Origin: Schmidtea nova
Taxonomy: Eukaryota
DNA length: 64,000 nt
Direction of reading: 5' to 3'
Assembly: GCA_044892505.1 (NCBI GenBank)
Contig: CM097882.1
Span: 394,258,001 to 394,322,000 of the forward strand
Shown piece after piece: positions 36,121 through 48,549 of the stretch; position 1 is the first letter of the stretch, and each line of letters starts with the position of its first letter. The notes beneath the pieces were generated by a model, which searched no databases, was not told the origin of the DNA, and saw only the letters and a program-made list of their open reading frames with translations. A program made the translations under genes and the position numbers.

Positions 36121-38295
36121 TCACTGAAGGTGATAATCGGAGAGATATTGAGGGAGTTTACGTGTTCGCCTAGAAGAGAATGGCGGGTTGTCTTGAGAAA
36201 GTTGGGTATTTGTCTTTTCTGTAAGGATCTTCAGTTGTGCTGTGTCTTCTTGAATGTCTTCATCTATAGGATCTTCTTTCATGATATGGTAATTTGGTCG
36301 TTCATCATACTCAAGTGTGCAAAAGGATGGTTTTAATCTTGATAGGTTGACCATAATGTGATTGTTATCAATTTCTAGTTTCGCTGTGTTTTTGTATAGT
36401 TCGATGATGCGAAATGGGCCTTTGTATCTAGGTTTGAGGTTTGATGAGTCAATTGTCTTCATCCATGCGTGGGTGGCAGATGAAAGTGATTGTGGTATAT
36501 ACGGTTTGTATGATGTAGAATATGTGAAAGATGGATTTGTATCAAGACTCAAAAAATGATTGCGAGTGAGGTTGATTTCCTCTAGTGACGATTCGTTCTG
36601 TAGATCTATGAGTTCGTTGGGCATGGATGTGTTGGAACCGAACAAAAGTTGTGAAGGTGACACGCCACTTGAGCGGTTGGGAGTGTTGTGCCACCCGAGC
36701 AAGACGAATGGTAATGCTTTGGTCCACGAAGTTGTCGTTGAGAGTATTCTGAGAGATGATTTCAAAGTCCGGAGGGCGCGTTCCACAAGACCGTTTGTTT
36801 GTGGGTGATATGAGCTGGTACGTAAATGACTGATGCCGAGGCTGGTGGTCAGATGATCGAAAAGGTCTGATTCAAATTGTGTTCCTTGGTCTGTGATTAT
36901 GGCGGTTGGGATTCCATAACACGAAAACCAAGTGGATATTAAGGCGTGTGCAACCGTTTTTGCGGTGATGTCAGAAACTGGAATAGCCTCGAACCAGCGT
37001 GTTTTCCTATCGATCATTGTCAGTATATAGCAGAATCCATCGTATGAGGGGAGTTTGCCTACTAGGTCGATGTGGAGTATGTCGAATCTTGAACCAGTCG
37101 GGAATGGTGTGATTGGTGGTTTAGTATGTTTGTTCACTTTGTGTTGTTGGCAGCCTGTACATTCAGAGAGCCACTGTTTAACGTCTTTAAATAATGAGAA
37201 CCAAGTGACCTTTTGTCGTATGAGATGGTATGTGGACTTAATTCCTGGATGGTGTAGATTATGAATCGCGAAGAATGCTTCTTTCCTGAGTGACGAGTGC
37301 AAAATTGGTCTAAGAGTGTTTTTATACGTTGTGTCATAATGTATACCGTCTATTATCTCAAGCGAGTCTTTGAAGCGGGCGAGGTCAGCTGTCGTTGATG
37401 GAGTCGAACGGAGAATTTGTTGGGTGAAAACCGGTGTAGAGGTAATTGATGCAGCAATGTTTCTAGTAAGATAATCGGCGACCACATTATCTTTGCCCGA
37501 AACGTGAACAAATTTAATGTCAAAAGTTGATAGGTATGTTATCTGACGATGTACTCTGTTCGATGGGTCTTTCATGGTAAGGCAGTGGATGAGAGGTTTG
37601 TGGTCGGTGAAGATTGTAAATTGTCTTCCTTCTAAAATGTGACTAAAATGTTTGACTGCTAGAAAAATGGCAAGTAATTCTCTGTCGAATGCGCTGTACT
37701 TTGACTCTGCTAATGAAAATTTTCTCGAAAAAAATTCTATTGGTAGTGAGATTTTATCCATAATTTGGTGAAGGACTGCGCCTGCAGCAATATTTGATGC
37801 GTCAGTTGTCAGGGTGAATGGGAGGTCGTGACATGGGTAGTGAAGAGTGGTAATCTTGGTTAGAGCGTCTTTGACTTTGTTGAATGAGTCGCGTGTTGTG
37901 TCGGACCAATTGATGACGGAATTCTTTTTTCCTGTGTTCAGTGCTGAAAGAGGTGCTGTTATGTGAGATGCGTTTTTAATGAATCTATGGCAGAAGTTGA
38001 CGATGCCTAAAAAGCTACGTAGTTGTGTCACGGTGGTTGGCAGGGGAAAGCTGCGGATTACGTCAAGTCTTTCGGGGAAAGGTTCACAACCAGTAGATGA
38101 AAGTATATGGCCAAGGAATCTGACGCGTTCTTGAAACAAGCTACATTTGTTTACGTTTATCTGTAAGTTGTGACGGTTCAATATATCAAGGACCGTGTGT
38201 AAATCGTTTTTGTGGCTGTCTCGATCCGGGGACGCTATGATGATATCGTCAAGGTATGCGAAAGTGTTAGGGACATCGCGAAAAATTGTGTCCAT
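36121..38295 (-). CDS. Gypsy pol 3' part: RT C-terminal half (YLDD), RNase H, integrase (HHCC, DDE, GPF)
   Basis: FAYLDDIIIAS, TTDASNIAAGAVL, HHPGIK...CTGCQ, HIDLVG, ITDQGTQF, PQTNGLVER, RYKGPFRI. Confidence 0.95.
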   Translation of the reverse strand: MDTIFRDVPNTFAYLDDIIIASPDRDSHKNDLHTVLDILNRHNLQINVNKCSLFQERVRFLGHILSSTGCEPFPERLDVIRSFPLPTTVTQLRSFLGIVNFCHRFIKNASHITAPLSALNTGKKNSVINWSDTTRDSFNKVKDALTKITTLHYPCHDLPFTLTTDASNIAAGAVLHQIMDKISLPIEFFSRKFSLAESKYSAFDRELLAIFLAVKHFSHILEGRQFTIFTDHKPLIHCLTMKDPSNRVHRQITYLSTFDIKFVHVSGKDNVVADYLTRNIAASITSTPVFTQQILRSTPSTTADLARFKDSLEIIDGIHYDTTYKNTLRPILHSSLRKEAFFAIHNLHHPGIKSTYHLIRQKVTWFSLFKDVKQWLSECTGCQQHKVNKHTKPPITPFPTGSRFDILHIDLVGKLPSYDGFCYILTMIDRKTRWFEAIPVSDITAKTVAHALISTWFSCYGIPTAIITDQGTQFESDLFDHLTTSLGISHLRTSSYHPQTNGLVERALRTLKSSLRILSTTTSWTKALPFVLLGWHNTPNRSSGVSPSQLLFGSNTSMPNELIDLQNESSLEEINLTRNHFLSLDTNPSFTYSTSYKPYIPQSLSSATHAWMKTIDSSNLKPRYKGPFRIIELYKNTAKLEIDNNHIMVNLSRLKPSFCTLEYDERPNYHIMKEDPIDEDIQEDTAQLKILTEKTNTQLSQDNPPFSSRRTRKLPQYLSDYHLQ

Positions 38296-39340
38296 GAAAC
38301 ATTGTAATCACTGAGCTGCGTTTCTAAGACCAAAAGGCATGAACATGTATTCAAAATTCCCAAATGGTGTAGTGACAGCCGTTTTGTGGACGTCGTCCGT
38401 ATGGATGGGAAATTGGTGGTATGCTTTCGAGAGGTCTATAGTTGAGAACACTGTAGATTGTGAAAAGCGTGTTATTAAATCTCTAATGAGTGCATTGGGT
38501 AAGCGTCGTGGACTGTTACTTGGTTGAGCTGTCGATAATCTCCACAGGGTCTGAATGATCCGTCTTTTTTTGTTACTACGTGTATTGGCGAAGCCCATGG
38601 TGAAGATGAACGACGTAAAATGCCTACGTTTTCTAGACTGACAAATTCAGCTTTGACTGCGTCGAGTTTCGTGGAAGAGAGAGGTCTGGCTCGATTGTGT
38701 TGTGGTATGCATGGTAATGTGTGAATCTAGGGAGTCGATAGGGTAGTGGGTGGTATGGTATCGGATTTAGTGATGAGGTTTGGATATTTGATTGAAATTA
38801 ATTTGATCATGTCATCGATGGTATCTAGATTGGCTGATTGGTCGATGTCCAAAGTGGTTTTATCGTTTTCCATCGTAGAATCTTGATGAATCGAGTTGAG
38901 TTGTGTCGGTGTAGATGTCTGCGTTGAAATTGATGTTACATTTGACGATGAAATTGTCGGTATATTGGCATTGTCGTGTTTTACAGTGAACAACTTACGA
39001 TTTTTGCAATCTACCATGATGGATTCGTTGCTTAAAAAATCGGAGCCTAATATTGGGTGGATCGTGTCTGCTATGTGGAAGGTGTGAGTGAAAGTTGAGT
39101 TTAATGTTGGTATTGTGAATGAGAGTTTATTTGTTCCCAAAAATTGGATCGGTGTGCTGTTAGCGGCCAAGACAGTGAACGAAGATTTGAAGTCTGGTGT
39201 GAAAGTTGTTGGAAGGATTGAAAATGACGAGCCCGAATCTACGAGAAAATGAATTGATGAGCTGGAGTCGAAGTTTGCTTCAACAGTGAAGATATTGTTG
39301 ATCGCAAGGACGCTGCCTGAAAATCCAGGGTTGACAGACA
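38296..39340 (-). pseudogene. Gypsy protease and RT N-terminal half, frameshifted
   Basis: IHFLVDSGSSFSIL (protease); FSTIDLSKAYHQFPIH...KTAVTTPFGNFEYMFMPFGLRNAAQ; stops and frame changes relative to the pol ORF. Confidence 0.85.
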
Positions 39341-39483
39341 GCGGCGCTAGTTTTTTTTGGGAGAATTGAAATTGTTTTTGTCGTATGATTTATTTGAGGA
39401 ACGGTTTACAAAAGTGCAACCTGAAAGGCATTTTTGTGCGTGTATACCGAAGATATTGTGATAGATGCAAATAGGAATGATCC

Positions 39484-40312
39484 TCAAAGTGGAAGAGTGT
39501 TTAGCCATGAACATCCTATATGGCATGTTCTTGCGTCGGATGAGAATTTCCTGTGAAAAAAACAAGTCAGAGTGGGAAATGAATTCGGTTTATCGTTTCT
39601 TTGGGTGTGTGTAGTTACCTGAGAGGAGTTGAGTATCGCGTCGACTGTTTTTGTCAGAGAAGATATCTGTTCCTGTAATGAAGGGTCGGAAACTGATGCG
39701 ATGGTAGTTGGTGCGTTTCGGATGGGGGGTCGAGTAACCAACTTATCAGCAATTTTTGCAAGTTGAAAAGGATCATCGGAATCGACAACGAGGAGTGAGG
39801 TCTGGATGTGATATGGAAGAGCTGTTAAAAATTGATGGCATAGGAGAGCAGTGTTTTTTGATAAACCGGTGTGGACGGCCTCGAGTTCGCGTACTAGTTG
39901 AGATAAAAAGGATGATGGGGGTTGACCGGCGTATGGGGTGGGTTTTGATAACTTTTCGATCGCTGAAGTGCGCGTGGGTGAATATTTTTTTTATGACCGC
40001 TTTGATTGATTCATAAGGGGTTTCTGAGTTTAATGCGTCAGCTATTTGTGAGCCTAATTCTGACATTAACTCGTCGGGTATTGCATATAGCAGAAGATCT
40101 TGCCTAGACTTGGGATTGGCTCTAGTGCGCGATTCAAAAATGCGGAACCAAGATGATGGTGTGCCGTCTGCGTCTAAAAATATCAGTTGAGTGCGACCTA
40201 TGGACGTGGGAGGGTTATGGTCATTGTTAGTTTTGGCACCGCCTCTTGCCGCATGAAGAGATTTATTATTGCGTTTGTTGGGACTGAAAGAGGATCTGTG
40301 ATGGGAACTCCG
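39484..40312 (-). pseudogene. Gypsy gag, frameshifted
   Basis: PSSWFRIFES, TPYESIKAVI and CFFHRKFSSDARTC motifs, same Gag family as the 15.8-kb remnant. Confidence 0.8.
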
Positions 40313-40630
40313 TTATTTAAAATAAAGAAGTCGTTGTGTTCTATTAAAAAAAACGTTTAATATCGTTAAAAAGTTTGTCGTGGTAATTTTAACTGTGTGA
40401 ATAATAGTTTTGTGGCGTACAGTGATGTTGAGTAAGCCGTCATGAAGGGTAAATGGTTGTGAACAGGTAGGGGAAACTGTTGTAGTTTTGGTTATAGGAC
40501 TATGAAAATTATTATTAAAATAATTATTAAAATTTTTATTGAGTATATTATTAAAATTATTATTAATATAAATGAAGTAATTAGATGAATTTAAATATTC
40601 ACATAATAAATTCAAAAATCTTACGTTTGT

Positions 40631-40644
40631 CACTTCTGACACCA
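40631..40644 (-). promoter_or_regulatory. Primer-binding site TGGTGTCAGAAGTG (tRNA-Leu type)
   Basis: Begins 2 nt after the CA end of the 5' LTR. Confidence 0.85.
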
Positions 40645-40646
40645 AT

Positions 40647-41240
40647 TGTAGGAATGCTAAAAGCAAATAAGATTTTATTAATAGAAATTGATCTCCAATT
40701 GACAAGTTGGTCTTTGGCAACCAGAAATCCTGACCGATGATAACAAGAGTTGAAATGAGCAAGCTCCATGACAGTCCGTATTGATTGATTTCTGGTGATG
40801 GCGAATAATCGTTTAATCGAGATTGATTGTGATCCAATGTATTGATTTGTAGATTTTTTGAGTTATACATTTCAGATTTGTCTGGATAGTATATTAATAT
40901 TGATCCAGTTGATGACAAGCATCTTCCAGTTTGTACGGCTTCTTTACGCATTCCAGCAGCGAAACATTTCTGCAATCTACGGAACTGGCAATTGTTTCTT
41001 CTTTGAATATCGACGACACAATCTCCACTAGAGTAGAACTGATAATTGTTGTCATTTGATGAAAACGAGTCGCTGTGAATGTCTTGAGTGAATTGGCATA
41101 TCGAATCATTGTTAACAGCTTGCATTTTTTTTGATCAGCGTGAAAAAGTGAAAATATGTAAATATTAAAACAACATCTAATTTAATCTATTTAATAATTA
41201 ATTAATTTATAAAATTGGAAATTTAATCTAAGGCACTACA
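40647..41240 (-). repeat. 5' LTR (594 bp) containing the same nuclear-receptor fragment (40648-41125)
   Basis: TG...CA ends; same length as the 3' LTR; TSD immediately outside. Confidence 0.93.
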
Positions 41241-41951
41241 GATAATAAAACTATAAATTGTTTATAATTAGAATGATCCACTGTGAAGTTAACATTTCAT
41301 TTATTTTGATTTTTTAAATCTTTATAAATTTTCGAATTAATGACAATTTATATATTTAATTAAAAATTATAGTAATCTCATCATGGAAAAGGCACTACAA
41401 AGTGTAAATAAACGAATGAACCGTTTCAGAGAAAGAAATGGAATATTAGAAAAGAAAAATGGCATTTGGACAAACTCATTCAACGCGGCAAAACAATGGA
41501 ATCGGCCTGGTTCTGTACGGAGAAAATAAAGCGCGCACACCTTAATTTTCGTCCTTTGGTCACAATTATTAAAAAACACTAATAAATGAAATATTAACAC
41601 TATTTAATGCAAAGGCCATACTATCAAATAAAAAACCCAATTATAATCAATGTCGATAAAAAATCTGTCTTAAGAAATGTTTACAATTAACTTTGTGAAC
41701 GATAAACCAATAGCAAGTTGCAATCAGTTTTATAAATCTTTATATAAAAGAATATATTTATTAATTAAATATAAAATTTTAAACATAAATATTTGATAAT
41801 GGAATAAAAGTTGTTTAAACTGTTTATTTATTGATATTGATTACTCGGTGATATATTTCTGATTTGCAAATGAAACTTTTATTTTGGCTATTAATTATAA
41901 AGGTAAGAATTGTTTTTTTTTGGAAAACAATTGGTTCATTGTGAATTTCAG

Positions 41952-42222
41952 ATTGCGAATTATTTATGTCAAAGTGATATTGATAAGTTCAAATCATATA
42001 ACTGCTACGTTGAGTCAATACCAACTTCTTACGTTGGTCATGTGAATGTATCAAAATCAGGTTTTTTTTGCGGTAAATGGAATGATTACTTTCTTTCGCT
42101 CGATTTATTTCTCCGATACAAGGATTACGGAAATCATAATTATTGTCGAAATTACTTTTCATTAAAGTCCGTTCATTGTTACTCTGGAATTGGGGTACTG
42201 TTGTGTGATGTTCCTCGATGTG
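41952..42222 (+). CDS. Kringle-domain exon of an extracellular modular protein
   Basis: tttcag acceptor; CYVESIPTSYVGHVNVSKSGFFCGKW...HNYCRN...CY...CDVPRC; g|gtgag phase-1 donor. Confidence 0.8.
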
Positions 42223-42859
42223 GTGAGAGAATGTTTTGAATTTCTCAATTATCTTAAAATACAAATATATATTTCGAAATTACAGCGAGCGATAGATGAC
42301 AAAAATAAACGATATCAATTAGAATAAAGTTCTTTAGTTTAATTATTTTTTAATTCTTCTATCGTCTTAATCAAATTACTTTTAAGTTACGATATTTTAT
42401 ATTACTTGCTTAAAATGCTGAAAATATTAAGTACTTTATAAAATACTCACTTCATTCTATTTTAGTTTTTCTTTCCGTAATTTAAAGACTTTTTGACATC
42501 GTATTTAAATTCTTGATTTCCTCATGAACCTCTTATTACGTGTTTTTGTTAACAAATACTGTAATAGATGCCTTTTTGGTATGTGTTTAATGATAAATAC
42601 TTTGAATTTCTTCAGAAACGGATTCCAAATTTCCGCCAATCTTAAATATTTTAGAGATTAGCACAAACACTTTGAGTGCATAAGTTGGTATGGTTTTGGT
42701 GATGGTCACCATATTAGAAGATTCATAAACCATACAAGTTAGTAGAGTAGGGGGAGCGCCCAAGAACAGGAACAGACCCCCCCTCCCCCCTCCCCCCACC
42801 CCCCCCCAAAATTTTTTTTAATTTTTAATTTTGTTTAAATGAAGTGAATTTTTTAATTT

Positions 42860-44030
42860 TGATTTTTTGTTTAAATGAAGTCAATTTAATTTTATTATTT
42901 TGTTTAAATGAAGACTTTATTTATTTTTATTTTTATTTTTATTTTTTTTTATTTATTTTTATTTATTTTTATTAATTTTTATTTTTATTTATTTTTATTA
43001 ATTTATTTTTAATAATTTATATGTATTAATTTATTTTTATTAATTTTTATTAATTTATTTTTATTAATTTATTTTTAATTTATTTTTTAATAATTTATTT
43101 GTATTAATTTATTTTTATTAATTTATTTTTATTAATTTATTTGTATTAATTTTTATTAATTTATTTTTAATTTATTTTTAATTTATTTTTATTAATTTAT
43201 TTGTATTAATTTATTTTTATTAATTTATTTTTAATTTATTTTTAATAATTTATATGTATTAATTTATTTTTATTAATTTTTATTAATTTATTTTTATTAA
43301 TTTATTTTTTAATAATTTATTTGTATTAATTTATTTGTATTAATTTATTTGTATTAATTTATTTTTATTAATTTATTTGTATTAATTTTTATTAATTTAT
43401 TTTTATTAATTTATTTTTAATAATTTATTTGTATTAATTTATTTGTATTAATTTATTTTTATTAATTTATTTTTATTAATTTATTTTTTAATAATTTATT
43501 TGTATTAATTTATTTTTATTAATTTATTTTTAATTTATTTTTAATAATTTATATGTATTAATTTATTTTTAATTTATTTTTTAATAATTTATTTGTATTA
43601 ATTTATTTGTATTAATTTATTTTTATTAATTTATTTGTATTAATTTATTTTTATTAATTTATTTGTATTAATTTTTATTAATTAATTTTTATTAATTTAT
43701 TTTTAATAATTTATTTGTATTAATTTATTTGTATTAATTTATTTTTATTAATTTATTTTTATTAATTTATTTTTTAATAATTTATTTGTATTAATTTATT
43801 TTTATTAATTTATTTTTAATTTATTTTTAATAATTTATATGTATTAATTTATTTTTAATTTATTTTTTAATAATTTATTTGTATTAATTTATTTGTATTA
43901 ATTTATTTTTATTAATTTATTTTTTAATAATTTATTTGTATTAATTTATTTTTATTAATTTATTTTTATTAATTTTTATTAATTTATTTTAATTATTTAT
44001 TTTAATTTTTATTTAAATAATTTTAATTTT
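42860..44030. repeat. AT-rich 11-12-bp minisatellite (tattaatttat-ttg/ttt); mirrored at about 54520-55640
   Basis: Direct reading. Confidence 0.9.
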
Positions 44031-44039
44031 TTGATCTGG

Positions 44040-45240
44040 TTATTTTTGTAAAGGATTTTTACTCTGGTAATTTTGTATAGGAATTTCTACTCCGAGATTT
44101 TCTATGGCAAAAAGGGACTCTGGATTTTTTGTACAGGGAATTTTTATACATGAAATTTTGGACTGGTATTTTTGTATAGGATTTTGGTCTGGTTATTTTG
44201 AATAGGATTTTCAACTCCCATATTTTTCTAGGGCAAAAATAGACTCTGGTAATTTTGAACTAAATTTTTTATGGTAAATAAAAACACGTGTAAATTTTTT
44301 AAACTATTAAAATACATTGAAATTATTTTGAATAGGATTTTCAACTCCCATATTTTTCTCGGGCAAAAAGGGACTCTGGTAATTTTGAACTGAAATTTTA
44401 ATGGTAAATAAAAAACACGTGTAAATTTTTTAAACAAGTAAATTATCATTAAAGTATTTTGTATAAGATTTTCAACTCCCAGATATTTTCTAGGGCAAAA
44501 AAGGGACTCTGGTAATTTTGAACTAAATTTTTTATGGTAAATAAAAACACGTGTAAATTTTTAAACTATTAAAATACATTGAAATTATTTTGAATAGGAT
44601 TTTCAACTCCCATATTTTTCTAGAGCAAAAATAGACTCTGATAATTTTGAACTGTAATTTTAATGGTAAATAAAAAACACGTGTAAATTTTTTAAACTAG
44701 TAAAATACATTGAAATTATTTTGAATAGGATTTTCAATTCCCAGATTTTTCTTCAGGCAAAAATAGACTCTGGTAATTTTGAATATGATTTTTAGTCTGG
44801 TATTTTTGAAAATAATATTTTGGTCGGCGAAAATCAAAAAATTAAAAAGTGGTCAGAATTCAATAATTTTTATACCAATCTACTGAGAATTGAATGGGGA
44901 ACAAAAAAGGTTCAAAAAGTAAAAACATGAAATTTTGACTTTTCCGACCCAATTTTACACGTAAAAAGGGTCAACTCGGAGAATTTCCAAAAAATCAAAA
45001 ATGCTCAGAATCAAATAATTTTTATACCAATCTACTGAGAATCGAATGGCGAACAAAAAAGGTTCAAAAAGTAAAAACATGAAATTTTGACTTTTCCGAT
45101 CCAATTTTTACACGTAAAAAGAGTCAACTCGGGGAAATTCCAAAAATTAAAAAGTTGTCAGAATTCAATAATTTTTATACCAATCTACTGAGAATTGAAT
45201 GGTGAACAAAAAAGGTCAAAAAATTAAAATCATGAAAAAC
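44040..45240. repeat. Tandem arrays of about 131-bp (about 5 copies) and about 152-bp (3 copies) units; mirrored at about 53310-54510
   Basis: ggattttcaactccca recurs about every 131 bp; ataccaatctactgaga recurs at 44872, 45024 and 45177. Confidence 0.88.
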
Positions 45241-46010
45241 CAAAATTTTATACGTAAAATTACAGTCTCAGTAAAAAAGGGTAAAATATATAAAAACGTG
45301 GAAATATTTAAAATAAAAATTTTTAAACTAAATAATTAAATCTAAATAAATTTATGATAATTAAATAAAAAAGTAAATAAATTCTATACGAATTTCAAAA
45401 CTCAATAAATAATTCACTCATTATTTTGTATTTAATTTATCAAGTAAAATGGTACATTAAATAAAAGCATGGAAATAATAAGTAAATTAAACTTAGAATT
45501 TAAAAATAATTTGTACTGGATTTATGAAAAATATCAAAGTAAATAAATTAAAGATAGAATTTTAAAAATAATTATGAATTTAATGATAAATAGAAATATA
45601 AGTAAATTAAGAATAAAAAAGTAAATTAAGAAAGACGTGAGTTTTAATGTCATAATTTAAAAAAGAATTGCTTTTAAAGGAACTGTTTAAGGTAATATTT
45701 GAAAAATGTGAGAATAATTAATTATTTTTGAAATTTTTTAAAGTAAAATTTATTAACAATAAGGTCAATGTAGAATTTTTTAGCAATAAAATCAATGAAA
45801 ATTTTTTAATTAATAAATACAAATCTAATTGTTTTTCAATATGATGTTTTTTAAGGAAATGATCAAATGTAGTAAATAAAACACATGTAAATATTGAATT
45901 TATTTAGAATAAAAATAGTTATTAAACAAGAGTTTTTACAATTTTGTATACTAAGTTAAAAAAAAAATATCAATTAATGACATAAATTTTTAAAAATAAA
46001 CGTAATAATT

Positions 46011-46147
46011 NNNNNNNNNNNNNNNNNNNNNNNNNNNNNNNNNNNNNNNNNNNNNNNNNNNNNNNNNNNNNNNNNNNNNNNNNNNNNNNNNNNNNNNNNN
46101 NNNNNNNNNNNNNNNNNNNNNNNNNNNNNNNNNNNNNNNNNNNNNNN
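46011..46147. other. 137-N gap, mirrored by a 137-N gap at 52405-52541
   Basis: N runs at symmetric positions. Confidence 0.99.
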
Positions 46148-46299
46148 CTAAGTACCAGCAATAAACCGATCAAATAACTAATAATCTCATTACACACACA
46201 AATAAACCACTGACTAGTAACTGATCAAATGCCAACTGACTCTATCCACAAATCAACAATCGACTAGTTACTTACAAGTTACCAACTGATTCTATATAT

Positions 46300-47110
46300 T
46301 AACCAACTAGGAAATTGTTCCATGTGTCAATCACTTCCTATTGCCTATATATCAAATAATCCAATCCCCTTAGTTAACAAATAGTACAATTCCTTACTAA
46401 CCAACTAGTTCTATACATTAACCAACTAACTTTATTCACAAATCACCAACCAACTAACTAACTAACCAGCAACCACTTCCTTACTAACCAACTAGTTCTA
46501 TACATCAACCAACTAACTCTTCACATTAACCAAGTAACTAACTAACTAACTAACCAGCAATCAATTCATTACTAACCAACTAGTTCTATACATTAACCAA
46601 CCAACTAACTAACTAACCAGCAACCACTTCCTTACTAACCAACTAGTTCTATACATCAACCAACTAACTCTTCACATTAACCAAGTAACTAACTAACTAA
46701 CTAACCAGCAATCAATTCATTACTAACCAACTAGTTCTATACATTAACCAAGTAACTAACTAACTAACTAACCAGCAACCACTTCCTTACTAACCAACTA
46801 GTTCTATACATTAACCAACTAACTTTATCTATACTAACCAACCAACTACACTAACCAACTAACTAGCTATACATACTAATCTCTTACTAACCAACTAGTT
46901 CTATTCATTATTCTTGTACCAACCAACCAACTACATTAACCAACTAACTAACTAACTAACTAACCAATTCCTTACTTCCCAACTAACTCTTCTCATTAAC
47001 CAACTAACTATTCATAAATCAACAACAGACTAGTTAATTATTAAATATCAATTGATTCTATCCACAATCTACTAGTTAAATCAACTAATTGGATACCAAC
47101 TGACTCTATA
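46300..47110. repeat. AACC/AACT-rich composite tandem repeat; mirrored at about 51440-52250
   Basis: Recurrent cttactaaccaactagttctatacattaaccaactaact. Confidence 0.88.
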
Positions 47111-48549
47111 TATTAAACAAATAAATCTTCACTCTAAGGAAATTGTTCCACGTATCAATTAACTCTTCGCATTAATTAGATAAGATATTTAAAACTAACT
47201 GATTCTAAATATCGTGTCATAAAATTAAATTTATTACTTTGAATAATTTAATTAATCTTTAGTTGATTATCAGTTTTCAAAAAGGTATACTAATATCTAC
47301 GTAGTTAAAATGAAATTTTTTATTAATTAAAGTTATTAAAATTTCGAATATATTTAAAATGCAAATGACTTTTAATTCAAAGCTCTATTGAAATCATTGT
47401 TCATTTATTTCTTCACTTGATAACTAACATGTATAAGTAATTTAAAAATCATTATAAAAAACTCTGTTAACTAGGTAAACATATTAAAATGATAAATAAG
47501 CAACTAATGAAATATTTTTTGTTACTTCCTATTACATGTTCAATTTATTTCTTCACTCTGATAATTTAAAAGAATAAATAAATAAATATTCAATTAATTC
47601 TAAAAATAATAAAAATTAATTCAAATTTCAATACAAATATTTATTTATTAAACATTTTTATTAACCATGCTAAACAGTACTACCAAGTGTTTTTGTTATT
47701 GGATTCTAGTATCAGATTCTATTATTTCCAATTCACATCAACATTGACGATATGTTTTTCATCAATAGCGATGGATAATAAAATCCCATTGGTTCAAACA
47801 TGTGTATTTTATCGGGTTTCACATAAACTGCAATCATGAAAATATAATTTGAATCTTTTACAGGTAAAAACCATCACAAAAGAGGTTCTGCTACCAAAGG
47901 TTCTGCTAGAAAGGTTCTGCTACGTGATAAATTTAATGAAAATGTAACAATAATAGTATATAAGTGAATATACAATATGAATCTTTTACAGGTAAAAACC
48001 ATCACAAAAGAGGTTCTGTTACCAAAGGTTCTGCTAGAAAGGTTCTGATACTGAATATAATTGTTAATAATGAATTTTACCAAAATATTTATTAATTTTT
48101 CATTTTAAATATTTTTAGTGAATTATTAATATTAATATTTTTATTATTTTTATTATTAACACGTAATAATTTTGCAACATTAAATCTGTTTCGAATGTTC
48201 ATTATGAAATTTATAAAAGTAGATATAATAAGAAAAAATAATCAATTTATTCACAAAGGGCAAATTATGTTAAACGAAATCTGATTGGTCAATTTGAATT
48301 ATGAAAACATATATATATATATATAAATTGATTAAAAATTACAGATTTCATTAAAAATGCATCAACTTAAAAGTAAGTTTAATTAATTTTGAATGATTAT
48401 TTTTTAATATTTTATTCTTGAATCTTCGAACAAAAATATGTTTAAACAAGAAGTAATGAAAATTATTCTTAATGATGTTGTCAAACCTGTTTTGAAAAAT
48501 TATAGAAACAAATATATGTGAATAAAATTTATTTATCAAATCTTCTCTT

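Larger units (their letters stand above)
35463..41240 (-). mobile_element. Full-length Ty3/gypsy LTR retrotransposon (5778 bp) with frameshifted gag/pol
   Basis: Two 594-bp TG...CA LTRs, 5-bp TSD GATAA (35458-62, 41241-45), PBS, short G-rich PPT, PR-RT-RH-IN order. Confidence 0.95.

Noticed and set aside
36109-40016. Plus-strand ORFs overlapping gag/pol, and antisense ORFs over PSMA6 and the hAT transposase
   Set aside because: Shadow frames of the true coding strand.
35309-41125. Tandemly duplicated native nuclear-receptor gene interrupted by a retrotransposon
   Set aside because: The duplicated unit is exactly 594 bp, TG...CA-bounded, followed by a PBS and flanked by a 5-bp TSD, so the duplicates are the LTRs. 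The ORF tails beyond the LTRs are unrelated flank or leader sequence.
44040-45240. CRISPR-like arrays (also the 15-bp array at 20.2 kb)
   Set aside because: The repeats are head-to-tail with no unique spacers, there are no cas genes, and the context is eukaryotic.
46300-47110. Telomeric repeat
   Set aside because: The units are AACC/AACT composites, not (TTAGGG)n.
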